A stretch of DNA of 63,329 nucleotides, counting the filler, from Lenisia limosa (lineage: Eukaryota; Protista; Breviatea): assembly GCA_001655205.1 (NCBI GenBank). It is 17 parts of 17 records of this genome, joined end to end, with 100 filler letters (N's around TTAATTAATTAA, not from the genome) between each part and the next. Parts side by side here need not be neighbours in the genome. Positions count along the whole stretch, not along the records: positions 61,825 to 63,329 come from LPNZ01005911.1; 16 more parts are not named here. One strand, given 5' to 3'. Positions 62,006 through 63,329 of the stretch are shown piece after piece. Position 1 is the first letter of the stretch, and every line of letters begins with the position of its first letter. Under the pieces are notes generated by a model, which worked only from the letters and a program-made list of their open reading frames with translations, was not told the DNA's origin and ran no database searches. The translations under genes and the position numbers were made by a program.

Positions 62006-62990
62006 CTGCGCTCGGAAGAAGTGGTGCCGTCGAGACGCATGTACTTGTGGTTGCGGTTGTATAGGAAGTCTTCAAGGATGGAAAGGAGCTGTAGGAGTAA
62101 AATTGGCAAATTTTTGAAACAAAAAATGTGAGTATGACAAGCGGGTGCGGGAGTAAAATTTGAGAAATTTTTGAAACAACGAAACAAAGTCCCCTCCCCC
62201 ATGTTAGTAAAATGATTTAACATACTGTATATGTATGTATAATATGATATCAATAACATCATTTACACCCCCCTCCCACTTCAGTCATCTGGGAGAAGAT
62301 CAGAACTCTGTGGCCATGAGCCTTGAACTTCGGCAGAATGCGGTCCAAAAGCTCAAATTTGGCTGAACATCTGGGGGGGGGGGGTCAGAAAAGATTGCTG
62401 TTTTATTATTTTATTGGAGATGCTTTATTTGGCNNNNNNNNNNNNNNNNNNNNNNNNNNNNNNNNNNNNNNNNNNNNNNNNNNNNNNNNNNNNNNNNNNN
62501 NNNNNNNNNNNNNNNNNNNNNNNNNNNNNNNNNNNNNNNNNNNTTATACTATAATCCAATATCTCTTTTTATCGGGGATTCTGAAGATTTATTGAGAATC
62601 CCGGTCTTCTTTGCTACCGAAAGAATAAGCTAATTTTTTCCCCCTGTTTTTTTCGGGGGTATTTGGTGTACAAAAACAGCTCAAATTTGGCCAAACATCT
62701 ATGGAGGTTTGTTGTTGTTTTGGGATGATTCAAGTTCCACTGAGTACCTCTGACAAAGAATTATTATTATATGCTGGGGAGGCACACAGAAAGCTGTGTG
62801 CATAGAGTTGTAATTAATATTATACTATATTTCAATATCTCTGATAAGCGTGATGGTGTGGATGACTTCAGCCAGATACTACCATATTTTTTTATTATTA
62901 TTTCTCATCCCCCCCCCCCCACCTGATGAGAGTCTCAAATGGCTCAGTGGTGTTGTCCATTTCGGGGAACAGGAAGGGGTGGTTGCAGAC
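62006..62990 (-). CDS. SNF2-family chromatin-remodelling ATPase (BRM/BRG1/Snf2-like), helicase C-terminal exons
   Basis: Exons 62923-62990 [22 protein letters not shown], 62280-62370 [31 protein letters not shown] and 62006-62088 [27 protein letters not shown] join in frame and match the conserved SNF2 HELICc motifs. Confidence 0.92.
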
Positions 62991-63329
62991 CTAAATCAGT
63001 GAGTTAAATTTAGTTGCCACTAGTGAGGCACTAGTTATGTTAATTTTGTTGGCACTAGTCAGGCAATTTTACTTTGAAGCAGGTTAGAGTTCCAAAACCA
63101 GGTTCGGTCGAAGGACGAAACGAACCGTAACCGAGCATAACTTGCGTGATTTAGATTTAGTGTATTAAAAGTAATTATTATTGCGATAAGAGAACAATTA
63201 TGTATGATTTTCATAATGACCAAGTTTTATTAAAAATCTCGTAAAAAGTAGTAAAAAGATGACGTCACCGAAAGTGTATGTTCGGATATCCGTGACAATT
63301 TTCTCGAACTATAACCTGCCTAAAATCTG

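Noticed and set aside
1-63329. Bacterial, viral or organellar origin; rRNA or tRNA genes
   Set aside because: Pervasive GT-AG introns and eukaryote-specific domains; no cloverleaf, rRNA-like or operon-like segments recognised by eye (tRNAscan and Infernal not run).

Overview
This window is not one contiguous locus. It is 17 small scaffolds of a gappy eukaryotic draft assembly, joined by an artificial N-TTAATTAATTAA-N linker (16 copies), so adjacency across linkers means nothing. The DNA is AT-rich and very intron-rich (GT-AG). Introns range from about 24-60 nt to several hundred nt, and the long ones are packed with short repeats. Gene fragments recognised by manually joining exons: an ankyrin+RCC1 (IBTK-like) protein; a FERM protein with a proline-rich tail; a divergently transcribed trichohyalin-like coiled-coil protein; a USP deubiquitinase; a DUF4062 (TEP1/NWD1-type) protein; a long CH1-CH2 + coiled-coil actin-binding protein (interaptin/cortexillin-like); a Cys-rich repeat surface protein; an ankyrin-like protein; and a SNF2/BRM-type ATPase. 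An amoeboid (possibly flagellated) protist source is inference only. The most unusual signals are in the introns: (1) poly-G runs after donors and poly-C runs before acceptors; (2) a repeat family that is sense-oriented and often ends at the 3' splice site (introner-like); (3) about 20 copies of a ~100-bp palindromic MITE in two subfamilies; (4) local duplications of splice junctions; (5) a gene built from duplicated phase-0 exons encoding a KGSWDMGGWGNEKPKK motif. No rRNA, tRNA or CRISPR array was seen. Exon coordinates were read by eye and no database searches were run.
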